Assembly (NCBI GenBank): GCA_012295275.1
Contig: CM022673.1
Span: 11,656,001 to 11,720,000 of the forward strand
From: Chrysomallon squamiferum
Taxonomy: Eukaryota; Animalia; Mollusca
Length of the DNA: 64,000 nt
Direction: 5' to 3'
The notes beneath the pieces are model-generated. The model did not search any database and was not told where the DNA came from. It saw only the letters and a list, made by a program, of their open reading frames with translations. The position numbers and the translations under genes were made by a program. Positions 37,801 to 51,000 of this stretch are shown here, piece by piece (position 1 is the first letter of the stretch; each line of letters starts with the position of its first letter).

Positions 37801-39657
37801 AATTACCACTGAACATTTGAATCATCTATTGATAATTAACTCAGTTGTAAGTAATAACTGAAGAATCAGCAGTCAGCCTGAAAACTGATGGTTACTGGGA
37901 TCAAGTCATATTAATGTTTCCTACACAAAGTTAATAGAAAGCATTATACACTGTATAAAAGTTTTATATATATAGACAATCTCAGTATTGAACTGATTGT
38001 GATATATAAATGCCGTTGACTTACTAGTTTGATTTCTTTTAAATCAGACCCGGTCTTGTCGGGCATCCATCGTATACTTGCACCATGAACTTTTGATGCT
38101 TTGGGTCCATGTTTCTTGTTTGACAGAGAAAAGCCCTTCAGCCAGTGAATGTTGGCTAGAGATGTATCTAGATGTTCTTTACAAAAATAATCAGATTAAA
38201 AAAATTAGTTACATGGTATTAGCTGCCATTATAAAACAAGTATTTCTTTATGAAAATTTCTGACTTGTATGGTAATCCATATATACAGTATCAGTACGCA
38301 ATAAATTTTTAAAAGGGAACATTTGGTTGTTTATTATTATTAAATGTGTATCTTTAGCACCAAATGAAATATATAATCAGTTTTTGAAAATAATACTGAT
38401 AATATATTATTATTAAATGTAATTGTACAAGTCACAAACCAATATATATATTTTTTAAATTAAAACTTTTCACCAGTGCTTCGGTCCTGATTCACATTTA
38501 TAAAACTGTATAGAAACAGGGATTCAAAAGCTCTACATAGGTGCTATATGAATACAGAAAACTGAGTGCTATGTTAATATCATCTATATTAACTCCAAAA
38601 TCTGAATCAGGATCAGTACATTTATACACTCACAATAAACAGCTCATATCAATACTTTCAGCATGAATGGGAGATAGTGAAAAGATTACTTAGATGACAA
38701 CTGCAAGATAACACACATCATCAAAACAATTGATCTGTAATCAATTAATTACACTTTAATCAGTCATTGAATTATAATTAATTGTAGAGAAAATGACAAA
38801 CCTGCATTCTCTCCACTGTCTACAGACTTGTCAGAGACATGTAGATGTCCAAATCCTGAAGACACTGAGGATGTAGATGCTGCTGAAATGTTACCAATAG
38901 AAGTACTTGAGGAAAATGGAGTGACTGGTGTGCTGCATGTGAATGATGTGGCTGGAGAAAAGCCTGAATCTGGAGTATTCAAAGCATCAAGATGTCCTTC
39001 TGACGATGTCACTGGGGTTGATGTTGCTAATGGCACTTGTGGCACAGAAAAATTAGGTGAAAACTGAGGAGATGAAGAATCTAAGTGTAGTGTTTGTGCA
39101 ACTATAGGCGAGCCTCTCAGTGCAGTTTGACTGTCTGATGAAATGAGGACAATTTTCCGCACAGCACAGTGACTTTTGAGATTCTCCGAAGATGTGGGTG
39201 TGCAGAAGACACCACTGTCCTGTTCAGTTTTGTCACCAGAAGTGACTGTGGAAATAACCTTTGAGTACAAAGGTTTATCAGTGTTACAAGATGAAACAAC
39301 AGGCGAAATGCTGGTATGAAACAAATTCCTTTTGATGATGTCTGGCTCATTTGCATCTGTAACTGTTTGTTCCTTGTGAGAACTGACAATATTTTCGTCA
39401 TTGTCGAGAAAAATCTTAGCAGTGGAAAAACTGCTGTCATAGTCGTCAACATCTATATCAGCTAAGTTTCTTCGAACAATATCACTTGTTGACTTCCGTT
39501 GATCGTTTGCTTGAGATTTTTTATCATCGACATTTTCATTTTGCTTATAGATAATGATGTAAGTTGGTTGATGGTGCTTATGTGTTTCATGTGCAGTTGA
39601 AGACAGTAATTTGGCCGATTCTGATTTCATTAACAAATGGCCATTATTATTGGACAT
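34895..39657 (-). CDS. FOXM1: Forkhead box protein M1
   Basis: Exons 38802-39657, 38025-38176, 37374-37541, 36808(or 36820)-36946, 36347-36490, 34895-36159 join in frame. Forkhead domain QRPPYSYMSLIQMALRSREDKKMTLKEICCWVESTFPYYKYTAKPGWKNSIRHNLSFYQCFVR has the FoxM-type AKPGWK. Upstream LDTSLANIHWL resembles human LDNSLTNIQWL; there is a PILPR motif, many S/TP CDK sites and an acidic C-terminal activation region ending LNWSNL. Confidence 0.9.
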
Positions 39658-39851
39658 TGTATTTCTGAAGTAGCAATAAGCTCTTTTTTAACTGAAATGG
39701 AATCAATAAGATATTAAAATAATAATAATAATAATAATAAATTTAAATATTTCCCTCCAATTTAATTTTATTTCTAAAATAAATATATAAAGTATGTTAA
39801 TTTATATTTTGAATATGCCATTATTATTATTATATAAATTTTAATCGTTGA

Positions 39852-39899
39852 TAAAATTAAATTTTCCTAATATTTAAATATTAGGGAAATTTGATTTTA
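39852..39899. repeat. 48-bp near-perfect palindrome in the FoxM1 5' intron
   Basis: taaaattaaattttcctaatattt|aaatattagggaaatttgatttta: 24-bp arms with two T-G mismatches. Confidence 0.85.
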
Positions 39900-40329
39900 G
39901 CAACAAACAAAAATATATACAATTTGAATTTCAAAAATTATTTCAGTATTTGAATGAAATTATACTACTCGAAATATTAAATAAAAATAAATGTAATTTA
40001 TGTTAAGAGAAATAAAATGTGATGAAGAATGGAAAGCCATTCATGTGACAGCCTCTGCATTACTACCTGAAGACTCCCACCCGTTACCCCACCTTTTCCT
40101 TCCATCCATTTGTCAAGATGTCGGGATGACCAAGTTTGACCTGTGAACTCACTTTAATACAAGTATTAAAATTTGACCTTTCTTCATACTCGTTTACCTG
40201 CTTTACTATAAATTTCTTACTATAAAATATACTCACCCGTAGGACATATTCACAAATTACTGGAAGTGTATAATTCCAGTAGGTCTAGACATTAAAAAAA
40301 AAAAAAGTAAGTACATTACGGGCATGTCT

Positions 40330-40520
40330 GTACAAGCTCCTCCACCATTTTAAATTTCGAGACCTTTTTGTTGCTAACCTATCAGAGCATTCGTAACAAA
40401 TATCTCAAAATGGCATCGAAAAATGACCTTTTGTTATTTAAATTGTCATTGGTTGTCTATTTTTAAATTTCCAATGAACGCTCCTCTTTTATATAGCTTC
40501 ATTAATGAACAGGAGAAGAT
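40330..40520. promoter_or_regulatory. Putative bidirectional FoxM1/RHNO1 cell-cycle promoter (CCAAT boxes plus CHR-like TTTAAA)
   Basis: Lies between a minus-strand donor (actcac at about 40231-40236; likely FoxM1 non-coding exon 1, acceptor at 39692) and a plus-strand donor (CAG|gttt about 40579; RHNO1 acceptor at 41944). Contains ATTGG (about 40448), CCAAT (about 40471), TTTAAA at about 40349, 40437 and 40462, and is locally enriched in CpG. Confidence 0.6.
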
Positions 40521-41652
40521 GAAAATATTGACATGTGTATTTTAAACGAGTTTAGGCACGTATGCGTTTCAGCGGCAGGTTTATGCACGAAACAATTATG
40601 TGAATTATTAATCGATCTGTGTAACTTTCGAAGATGATATTTTCAACTTTATATCACAGAAGTATCAGTGCAGTTTATTTTATTTTATTTAACCAAACCT
40701 GTTCAAATAATGATATTGTTACTGTACAGTGTACTGTTCTCCTGAGCGATGAACTGCAGATTACTGCAGTTCACTTAAATATAAAATAATGTATGACATT
40801 TGTCATTAATTTGATAATGCTTTATACAATTAATTTTTTCTTCTGTAATAGGTATCAGATCCAAAATTTAATAAATAAGGATGAATATGATTAATTAATT
40901 TAATAAATCTTTCAATATCGAAATTTACATGATCTAAATGTGAACTGTTTTTAATCCTCTTAAAATCAGTAGATGTGTATAGAATTTGGAGATCTGGTAA
41001 CACTTTAAGTTAATATTTAAAAGAATTTTGATTCAAATATATTTTATGCTTTTGTGATTATATAACTGATAATATAATTGATTTATGAAGTTATTCAGAA
41101 TTTTTATTTTTTATTTTATATATTCTGGTTTATTGTTTTAAATGTAATGTGCATATATGACTTAGAAACTTAGGAATGATATTAGTTATCAAACTGATAT
41201 GATTGTTTTCTGCACTGAAAACATTCCATCATATAACCAAGAACTAAGCAGGTACCAACTTGTTGGATGGCAGCACTGTTATTGGTTCAGTTCAGAAATC
41301 AATACATACATTGCAAATGGTTATATATTCACAAAGCTATCAATAGACTGAAAGACCATGTGTTGCTACGGCCTGTTACTAAAATTATGCCAGGCCAAAA
41401 TACATAGCTATTTGCATATGAATAATATATATAAATGTTAAACCTTACTATTTAAATCTTCTTAGAGTATGTGTGCATGCATGTGTACAATAAAAAGTAA
41501 ATAATATAGACCAATATATATATATATATATAATAAAAAATATATATAATAGTACCTACATACAAATGTTGATATAAATTCTAACGAGTTATTTTTTTAT
41601 TTAAAGTTCTTGAAAAAAGACATTTGAAAATTGTTGTAAATTTTTTAAAGAA

Positions 41653-41687
<35 letters not shown>

Positions 41688-41760
41688 TGTTTAGTCTCAG
41701 CATAAGGAACACAAATACTACACTAAAAAAAAAAAAAAAAAAAAAAAAAAAATAAATAAA

Positions 41761-41791
<31 letters not shown>

Positions 41792-41945
41792 ATCAAAAAC
41801 CTATTCATGATCCTAATTTCTTCAAAAGAAACCTTTAAAACACATCCTAGACTAAAACAAAATATTAACAGTATGGTTCTCTCAAATTCCGTTTTATGTT
41901 TCATTTATTTATTTATTTATTTATTTATTTTATTTTATTTTTAGA

Positions 41946-43238
41946 ATGCCTAGAAGAAGAACTAGGACATCTGTTTTAAAACCAAAGCTACATTTTACTG
42001 AAAGCCCAGTACAGGGAGAGAATAAACCAGTGTCACCTGTGTTAGGAGCTGAGAATCCAGTCACTGCAAAAACTGTACCACTTGAAGATCACAGCGATAT
42101 ATCATGGGCAAGTATTCCACTTTTATTTATTAATAATAATAATGTCTCTATGTGTGTTATATATAAGCTTAATTTACTAGTATTTAACAAATATATTAAG
42201 TGTTAAAAGTAGTTATTTTGCTGTATTGATATACAAGAGTCAAAACCATTGACACCCTCCATTAGAATTGTTTTTTTTTATCAGTTTGGAAGGAATGTTT
42301 AATATACAATGATAGGAAAGTTCTCAGGCTACAGAAAGCTGTTCTAGGAGCAAAAACTCATAACAGACTAAGTCATTTTTACTACAGTAACTCAAGTCTT
42401 TCATGGATATTTATTTTGTTTATGAGGTTTTGTTTAGATAATAATATTTTTTACTAACTATTTTATTTGTTATGTCCAGATATCACCCAATTTCAAGGAA
42501 GTCAGAAACAAATTGCATACAGATGGACATAAAAAAACCCTGAGATTGCGAAAATCTAGTGTTCCGACTGCAAGACGTCACACATCATCAAAACAATTTC
42601 ATTACCACCAAGAAAACAATTCTGCGACTGGAAGACGACTGCAGAACAGGAAGTGTAAATTTAAACCACTGATATTCATCGAAGACAACGACGGAAAAGA
42701 AGAGGAATATGAAATATCTGTTCAGACCAGTCCTGTTTTGGGGAGGAAACAAAAAAAGAAAGATAAAAGTTTTCAAAATTCTGATGTCAGTTTTCACACA
42801 CCTGTTTCTCATGATCTGAACATCACATCACAGAAAAACCAGCATTCATCTTGTTATAGTTCACCACAAAAAATCATCCAAAATAAAAGTCATCAAAACT
42901 TTACTAATGTACATTACAAACTGGATAAAATGAAACATGGTCTTTGGAAAGCAACTGCATCACCAGAATTTCACTGTTCTGGAACATTAGATACTCCATC
43001 TGTTGCTAACTCCAGTTATTTGCATAATGAATTGTGTGATACACCAAAAAGCAGAAACTTGAGAAGGTCGTCACGTTTAAGAGAAAAATATCTCGAGGCA
43101 GTTAAGTTGTTTCAGACTTCATCTCCTAAAAATAACTGTAACACAGCATTAACAGTTCTAGCTGAGGATACCCCAGAGAGTGAATATCATTTACGACTGA
43201 AGAGAAGACAGATGAGAAAACTAGTACAACCTGAGTAG
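41946..43238 (+). CDS. RHNO1: RAD9-HUS1-RAD1 interacting nuclear orphan 1 (RHINO), about 306 aa
   Basis: Exon 41946-42107 joined to 42480-43238 through a GC-AG intron gives DISWISPNF (human TSWVSPDF). Also MPRRR..KPKLHF (human MPPRKK..KAPLLF), KFKPLIF (human KFPHLTF) and C-terminal VLAEDTPESEY..L.RRQ (human VLVKDTPEDKY..VTWRRR). Head-to-head with FoxM1. Confidence 0.85.
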
Positions 43239-45074
43239 ATGTTTCTGTATACCTTTACTTATTTATTTTGGTAAATTTATCCGTGTTGAAATAAAAAGAC
43301 AAATCATCAGAAACTCTTTGATTTGTAAATTGGTTTGTTATAATTTTATTTCATTATTTAAATATTTTTTATAACTTGATTCAAATTTTTGCCACAGGCT
43401 ATTATTTAACATTTTTTTTTTTTTTTTTTACTGAAAATGTATTTCTGTCAAAGGTTTAGGCCTCACCTACATATTTAAAAGCTATTTAATCAAAATTCAA
43501 TTTGCCATATAATATTTTATTGTGCAATTCAATAAGGCTGTTAAAAAAACACAAATAAAGAATAACATTTTAGAAACACAGAGATAAATAGAACAATATT
43601 TTTATTCTTTTTAAATATTGTTGACAGACATATTTTTGCAATAATTCGAGTACTAACAATATGTAAATAACCTAAAAACAAACAAGCATATAAAAACATA
43701 TTCAACAAAAAAAAAACTAAACAAGGTGCTCATGTACCAAACAATGGGTTAAAACAATTGAAAATATATAAGAACATTTAACCAAATTTGATATAAAATG
43801 TTTTGTCCATTTACCTTGAAGCTCAGTTTGTTAAACAACACAAATAACATCAATGCCATGTCAACTTATGATTTATTTTCTATATCAGATGTTTGTGAGA
43901 ATGCATTTTGCCTATGGTGAAAAGTTTCTCTGTTAGTGCAAGTAAGAAAATATAATATTGATAAATAATTATACTCAACACTACTGAACTGAAATAATTT
44001 CATTATGGCTATCTGTAAAAATAATTCCGTTAACAAAATTTTCCAACATTAATCAGTATAATCCTAACTTTGATGGAGAAAAAGATATAAAAATGGCTTT
44101 TAAAAAAAAAAAAATTCTGTTTTATAAATAATATCAAACATTTTGGTGACAAAATATTCTAATCAACACATCAAAATTTGACTGTCTATCTTGTCTGATA
44201 ATTATGTGGTTCCCTGTTTCTAATCCTGTGCATTTGTGTATAAACTTTACCCAGCAAATGTTTAATAATATATTTTTTAGAAATTTCTTTTTCATCACAG
44301 CTTTTCTTCTGATAATTGCATAGTTAAACAATTATATCATAATTTTGTTACATTTCAGCTCTATTCTACACATACAGAATCTCAACTATACTTTTTTTAA
44401 TAAAAAACAACAACAAAAAATCCCACTACACATAAAACTATTAAGTTACCAAATTAAAACATAAATATATTTAGTAACATAATTTAAAAACATTGTAATG
44501 ACATAAATAATAAGGTGTAACTGTTCATAATCTATTAAATTACTGTAATGTTAAAAATAAAAAGAAAACATGTTGACAGCAGTTTTGACAGCACTGCCTA
44601 AGTGCCTTTTTACAGTCATCTTCATGTTACAACAAATTAAGAGCATAAATATGTAATTATAACCCTGAGTAAAGAATCGTCGTTTCACACCTCCACCCAG
44701 TTCTTTTTCGAAAATGTGTCTCTGTGAAAAAGCAGTAATCTTTAAACAAGTCCAGGAAACATAGTTCCTTTATCATGTAGAAATATTTCAACATGTCTAA
44801 CAAAGAATGAAACAAAATTTTTACCACTTTAATTGAAAACTTGGATCACGTCTGAGGTGTTATTGAAATGTGTGTGTATATATATACTCTGCAACACAAC
44901 ACAAAAGGAATTTTGTAAAATTAAAACATAAACAAAATAAATAATCTCTTATCACTGGTTTTGAACATAACGGATTCTTCAAATGGCACAGTTATAAGAT
45001 CATGGAATATTTTTGGGATGAATTATTTCACAAGAAAGAAAGTTTTGTATGGTTTATTCTGCATGTTGTTGACT

Positions 45075-48000
45075 TCAGCTGTCTGCTGATGGGATTTCTG
45101 TTGATGTGACTTGCTGTTCTGCCACTGCCGATGCTGTTGTTGTTTCAGTGTCGTACAGAGCACTGACTGCATCACCACACACATTGACTAAACACTGACA
45201 CTGAATAGAGAAAAAAAATATATATATACACACAAACACACACACACATGCATATATACATTCATATTTTTTATTTATTTATTTATATTACTATATTATC
45301 TTCATCTCTTTATCTGCCATAAATTTTGTGAGAATGATGTTGAATATTAACATATTTTAATAACTCTCATTTCAGTTGAAATACCAAATAATGACAAAAG
45401 GCAGAATTTTAATTTTTTTTTCTTTTCTATGGAAATGGAAGTTTGTGAAAGGCAATACCGAAATTCATGTTCATTTTAATGGAAATGGAGGTTCTAGAGG
45501 TTTAAAAATTAAGACTGATAAAACGAACCTGATTTTTGTTGGCATTGCTGAACACAACACACTGAGTCATTCTGTAGGCAACCAAAGCATTTCCACCCAG
45601 AGAAGTGACATTTCCACGAACCACTGCGAGAATTTCAGCTATAAAACGCTGCATCAGTCCACCCATACCACCTTCCTGCAGAGAAGAAAAAGAAAAAAGA
45701 AACCTTTAAAAAATTTAAATGAAGAAAATATGGAATAATAATAATAATAAAACGATAATAAATAAATAAGTAAAATATAATAAATAAATAAATAAATAAT
45801 CAAAAGAAAATAAGAGTATTATTAAAGAAAGATGAAAGGCAGACTCCTTATACTGTTATATTTATTGTTGTGCTTTTATTATTATTATTATTATTAGCAT
45901 ATGTTTTAATCTGGTAACTGATAAAACAATCACTTGGAAGAAAACAAAATGTTGATGCTATTTGTTAGAATTATTACATTTAACAGATAAACAAAATAAC
46001 AACTTAAGAATAATAAAAGTGAAAACACTATATAATGATATATAGAAAAATGTATAAAATTGAAAAGAAAATTCTCTACTTTAAAAATGTATTTGACTTG
46101 TTTGCAAGAATTATAACAAATACTATAAAAAAAACAAAAGTCAGCTTACCTCTCTCAGTGATGTGCTTTCTCGGATAAAGAAGAAATTGTAATTTCCCAG
46201 ATATTTTTCAACTCTGCCACCTGTCACTGAAGGATGGAGAGACAACTCTACACCAAATCCTAACTGTGGAAGAATTTTCTGAAAAAGAGTTAAAAAATAA
46301 ACACATCTAAACAAGAATTTTAAAATTTATTAAGGAATATTTTATTTGATTCCAATGTTCATGGGTTTTTAAATTAAAAACTTTTTTTTTGAAAATTGTG
46401 CAACATTCTAAAGTATGGACTCTGGTTTACATGGCTACTTTTTTCATTTGCTTTTTTGCCCCCTTTTCTTCCTTTTATTTTAAATGTTTAGGTGCACTTT
46501 GAAGATAAAAGGAATAAATGTCTTGTTTAATATGTGTAAAACAAACAAAAAAAATACTAGAAACCCCAAAACAAAAATGTTTATATATTTTTTTATTAAT
46601 TTATGACTGATTCCCTTATTACTGATGATTTTGTGGCCAGATTAACATTGTTGTTGTTGTTGTTGTTGATGATGATAACATTAATTTTGTAATTTAAACT
46701 GATTACAAATATTTACCTGAGCAGTCTGCAATGCTGTTGTCTTTGTTTCAGGCCTTGCAGTCTGTCTAACTGATAAAATATTTTTAAAAATTAAAAATTA
46801 AAAATAACAGTAACATGCAATTGTGAATCCATTCCTCCAGTATATTTATGATTAATAATATACAAACTGTGTATTAATTATTAGTAGTATACGATCATTT
46901 TGTCATAATTTTTCACACAAACTATGTATTAATTATAGCTACTATTTGATAATTTTATCATATATATTAATGATAGATTCAATGTGATGATTTTATTATC
47001 ATTTTCCCACAAATTAGGCATTATTTTTAAGTACAATCATTGTATTAATGTCATCATTTAACATAATATTGTAAATTCATCACTACATTAAAACTTTAAG
47101 ATGATTTGTATATTTTATGTGATGGATTTAATTAGGGCAGTTGGAATTAACTGGAACTCTATGTGACAGTGATAAAAAATACCTTTACTAGAAATAGATG
47201 GAGATCGATCAAAATCCATTGGAAACATCAGATCATCTGAGTCAGCCTCTAAAAAAAGAAAAGAAAGAAAGAAATTAATATAATATATATATAGATAAGA
47301 AAAAAGAATAATAAATAAATAAAAGTTTAAATAATAATAAATAAAAGTTTTAATAAATAAAATAATTTATAATAATAATAATAATAATAATAATAATTTT
47401 AATAATAAAATAATAATACATAATATAATATACAAAATGTGCAATATATTTTCTTCAAACATTTTGTCAAAATATGTCACTCGATATACATTTCAACAAT
47501 TATTTGGGATCTTATTAATTTAAACAGCACAGACAGTTTTTTCCTAAGTAAATTACTTCTGTTACTTTAGTAACATAAATTATTACCTTACTCTATGATT
47601 ATTAATAAACTGCAATTTTAAATGGTAAAAAAAAAACTACTTGTCATTCTTCTTATAATTTTTTGTATAAATATCCGAAAACATATAAGACACTAACTTG
47701 TTCTTGTAGGTGCTTTGATGGAAGGTAACTGTAGCAATGTAGTTGTCATTGGCGATGTATCTGCAAGTCGGAGACAACATCCTGTCACTGAAATCTGTAA
47801 TCACAACAAATATACATAAAATCTCCAAAAAAAAATTAACCCTGGCAAATTCTAACTGCTTTTATCTCTGTTGTCTTTATGCATAATGTAGCAATTTAAC
47901 TATAGATTATGAAACAGCCATGTTTTTGGTTAAATATAACATTATTCACTTTAGATGATGCACTTTGTTTCATGAACTTATGTTTTTATTTTAATGACAA

Positions 48001-51000
48001 AAGGTAAGAATAAAATTTTCAAATTAATTTGCTCTCACTCCATTTTTAGTCTACTGTGGAATGGTGTCATAAATATTGTTTAAGATCATGTAAATAATGA
48101 GAAAGGAAACTGAACTTCTGTCATTCCCTAGACTAATTGTTTTTAGTCAGCAGCAAGGAAAATTTTAAAGGTACCTTCCCTTTAAAGTGGAAAGTTCCTA
48201 CAAGATTGTTTGATAAACTTATTACTGGAGTTGTCTGTATCAGGATGTTTAATAACAGCTCAACATATTTTAATGTTAGTAGGTTTGTCAATATAATACT
48301 TTAATATTAAGATTATTTCTTAGTCAGCTTTGCTGTCATACCATGGATCAAAAACAGTTAACAAAAGAACCATTTATTAAAATGTACAACAATTACAAAC
48401 AAGAAATTGTGTTCTTAGTTCAAATGTAAAAATAAATAAAATACAGGGCCATTGTAATGTCCTTGTCTGTGGCCATGCTGAAATTTAAAAATTCAAAAAC
48501 AAATATATTTAAAAATTGAAGAATTCTTTTCTCTTATCATTTTTAACAGATGAGTTCTATCATGCATAATTCAGAAGTTATATATATTTAAAACTGCACA
48601 AGAACTTTTATATTTGACCCTGTATTTTTTTAAGACAAAACAAATATTAAAAAGCTACCTGCAGCTCATCTTCGTCAGGAATCTCTACAATGAAATCCAC
48701 TTCCGTCAAACAACATGGAGTCATTTTGCGTAATTTGAAAAAGATTTTCTAGGAAAAATGAAACAAACAGCAGAATAAATATTTAAATATTTGTGTGTTA
48801 ATCAGCCTGATCTATCTGGGATGAAAACACTAACAAAATGTAATTTAATTAAAATTATTGTGAAACCATTACAATTTCTATTACAAATAAATTTGACCAC
48901 TTTTGCTCCTACTACTACTGGTATAACTACTTCTGCTACCCTATACACACTGCTGCTAGAAGTAACAAAACTGAATGAGATGGACAGACACAAAATAAAA
49001 ATTCACTTAACATATTATATAACATGATAAATATAATAAAGTTTGAGACATTTTAAAAAATTTTAGATATTTTAAATATGTATTCAGTAAAACATGTTAA
49101 AATAAAAATTTTATGAAAAAATGAGAAAAACATAATTTTACATGAGACATTTTTTTTTTAAAATTAACATTCAGTGCATTAAAAAAAGATAATTAGCATT
49201 ACATTTCAGATATTTTAAATATATATTCATTCCCATTTTATATAAAAACCCTTCAAAAAAAAAAAAAAAAAAAAACAGAAACAAAGCAAAAAAAAACAAT
49301 TAAAATAAAAATAATTTTTAAACGAAATAATTAAATAATTAAAATTTTATGGAGTAGTTTTACTGACTCTAAGAACACTGTGGAAGAGCTCAGAAAAAGA
49401 AGACTTGCTGCTGTTTTGTGGTGAGTATCTTCCTGTCCACACATGTGTAAACATCTGAAAAAAAAAAAAAATAATATTCAAACAACTAGAACAAACATCA
49501 CAGTAGGTTTAATACTGGGGCAAAATCATAAAATTTCTATAGAAAATTAAGAAAAAAAAAAAATTCAAAAACATGGAAAAAAAAATTTAAAATAATCTGA
49601 AAAAAAAAAATAATAAAAGAATTAAAAAAAAAAAAAAAAACAATAAATAAATTTAAAGTCAAAACATTAAAAAAAATACCAACAAAAAATAAAACATCCA
49701 CTCTGCACACACAAAAATAGAAACAAGAAACAAAACAATATCAACAAAACAAACCCAAATCCAACTGAAGAAAAAAATTTAAAAATGATATCTCCTTCAA
49801 AACAAAACACCCCAACAAAAATAACAAAAACAACAACGACTATAAGGAGCTTTGCGAAAAAACACCTGCTGCTTTAAAACAACCATTATTTTTTACTACA
49901 CCACATTTAGATCCTCACTGAATTTTTTATTTTTTAATGTTTTTGTTATTTTATGGAAATTATCATAAATATTATTGAATGTAAACAACCCACCTGCATG
50001 TTTGAAATGAGATTTTCTCTAGGAACTCCAGGTGGGAACTGGGTGTTACAAATCTGAAACCCATCTGGTGGGTACAAGTCTTGTAGAATAGATAAAATCA
50101 TCTCATCCTGCACATCATCTATCTAAACACAAAAAAACACACAATGAAAGAAAGAAGAAAAGCTTGAAGGATGAATGACAAACTCATAAATGAAAAATAT
50201 TTTTTGTTTAAAGATACTTCATCACATATCAGTGATAATCATTATTATCAATACATTTTTCATATTTTTTTTTGTTTTTTGTGTTTTTTGTAATGATGTT
50301 TGTAAATGTAAAAATCTTACAGCCATTGTGCCTTATTTCTTTTGGCAGTAAAAGTTATTTTACTCACAGTTTCCAGAACACAAAAAAAAAAAAATAAAAA
50401 AAACTGTACTTAACTATTTAAATTTTGGTAAAAGAGCTTGGGTTGGATTGGGAATTTTTAACCATATTAAAAAGTCAAAGTCATCTTTCTCTTTTCAAAA
50501 TGATCTCACAATTAAAATATTAAAACTGAATGTTAAAAGATAAATGGTCCTTCCAATCTCAAATGATTCCTAATTAATATACTGATGAGTAAATGTTTAC
50601 CTCCAGTATGAATGTTTCTTTTTTTGTGGCTGATGTGTCCAAATCTGATTGGTCATCTTCACTTTCATCAGTCAGGTTACTGTGAGGACTCGGCTGACCT
50701 TGACCCTCCTGCATGAAAGGATAGATGCAAAGAAATTTGAAATCAAAGCTTCGAAAATACTAATTACTAGTTTACTATTTGGAGTCAATCCTGAGAAAGA
50801 TATTTTATATAAAAAAAAAAATGTTAGCTTTAAATTTATATTCATATAATATATATCTTTTTTTAGGAATTAAACAGTTTGAATGAAAAATGAAACAATG
50901 AAAAGATTTAAACTACCATGACATCCAAACCAAATCTCTCTCTGTTTTGCTGAACTTTTTCTGTAATTTTCTTCTGCAAGTCAAATAATCTAGCATTGTC

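Noticed and set aside
38764-39657. 297-aa and 419-aa (34895-36154) ORFs as independent genes
   Set aside because: They are the first and last coding exons of FoxM1, linked in frame through the forkhead exons.
45376-45738. 120-aa plus-strand ORF
   Set aside because: Antisense to C2CD5 exon 45529-45675 plus intron sequence; no recognisable features.
48445-48477. 33-nt AG..GT-bounded segment in a C2CD5 intron
   Set aside because: It would interrupt the conserved DELQ|ISVTG junction, has a weak donor, and no other support.
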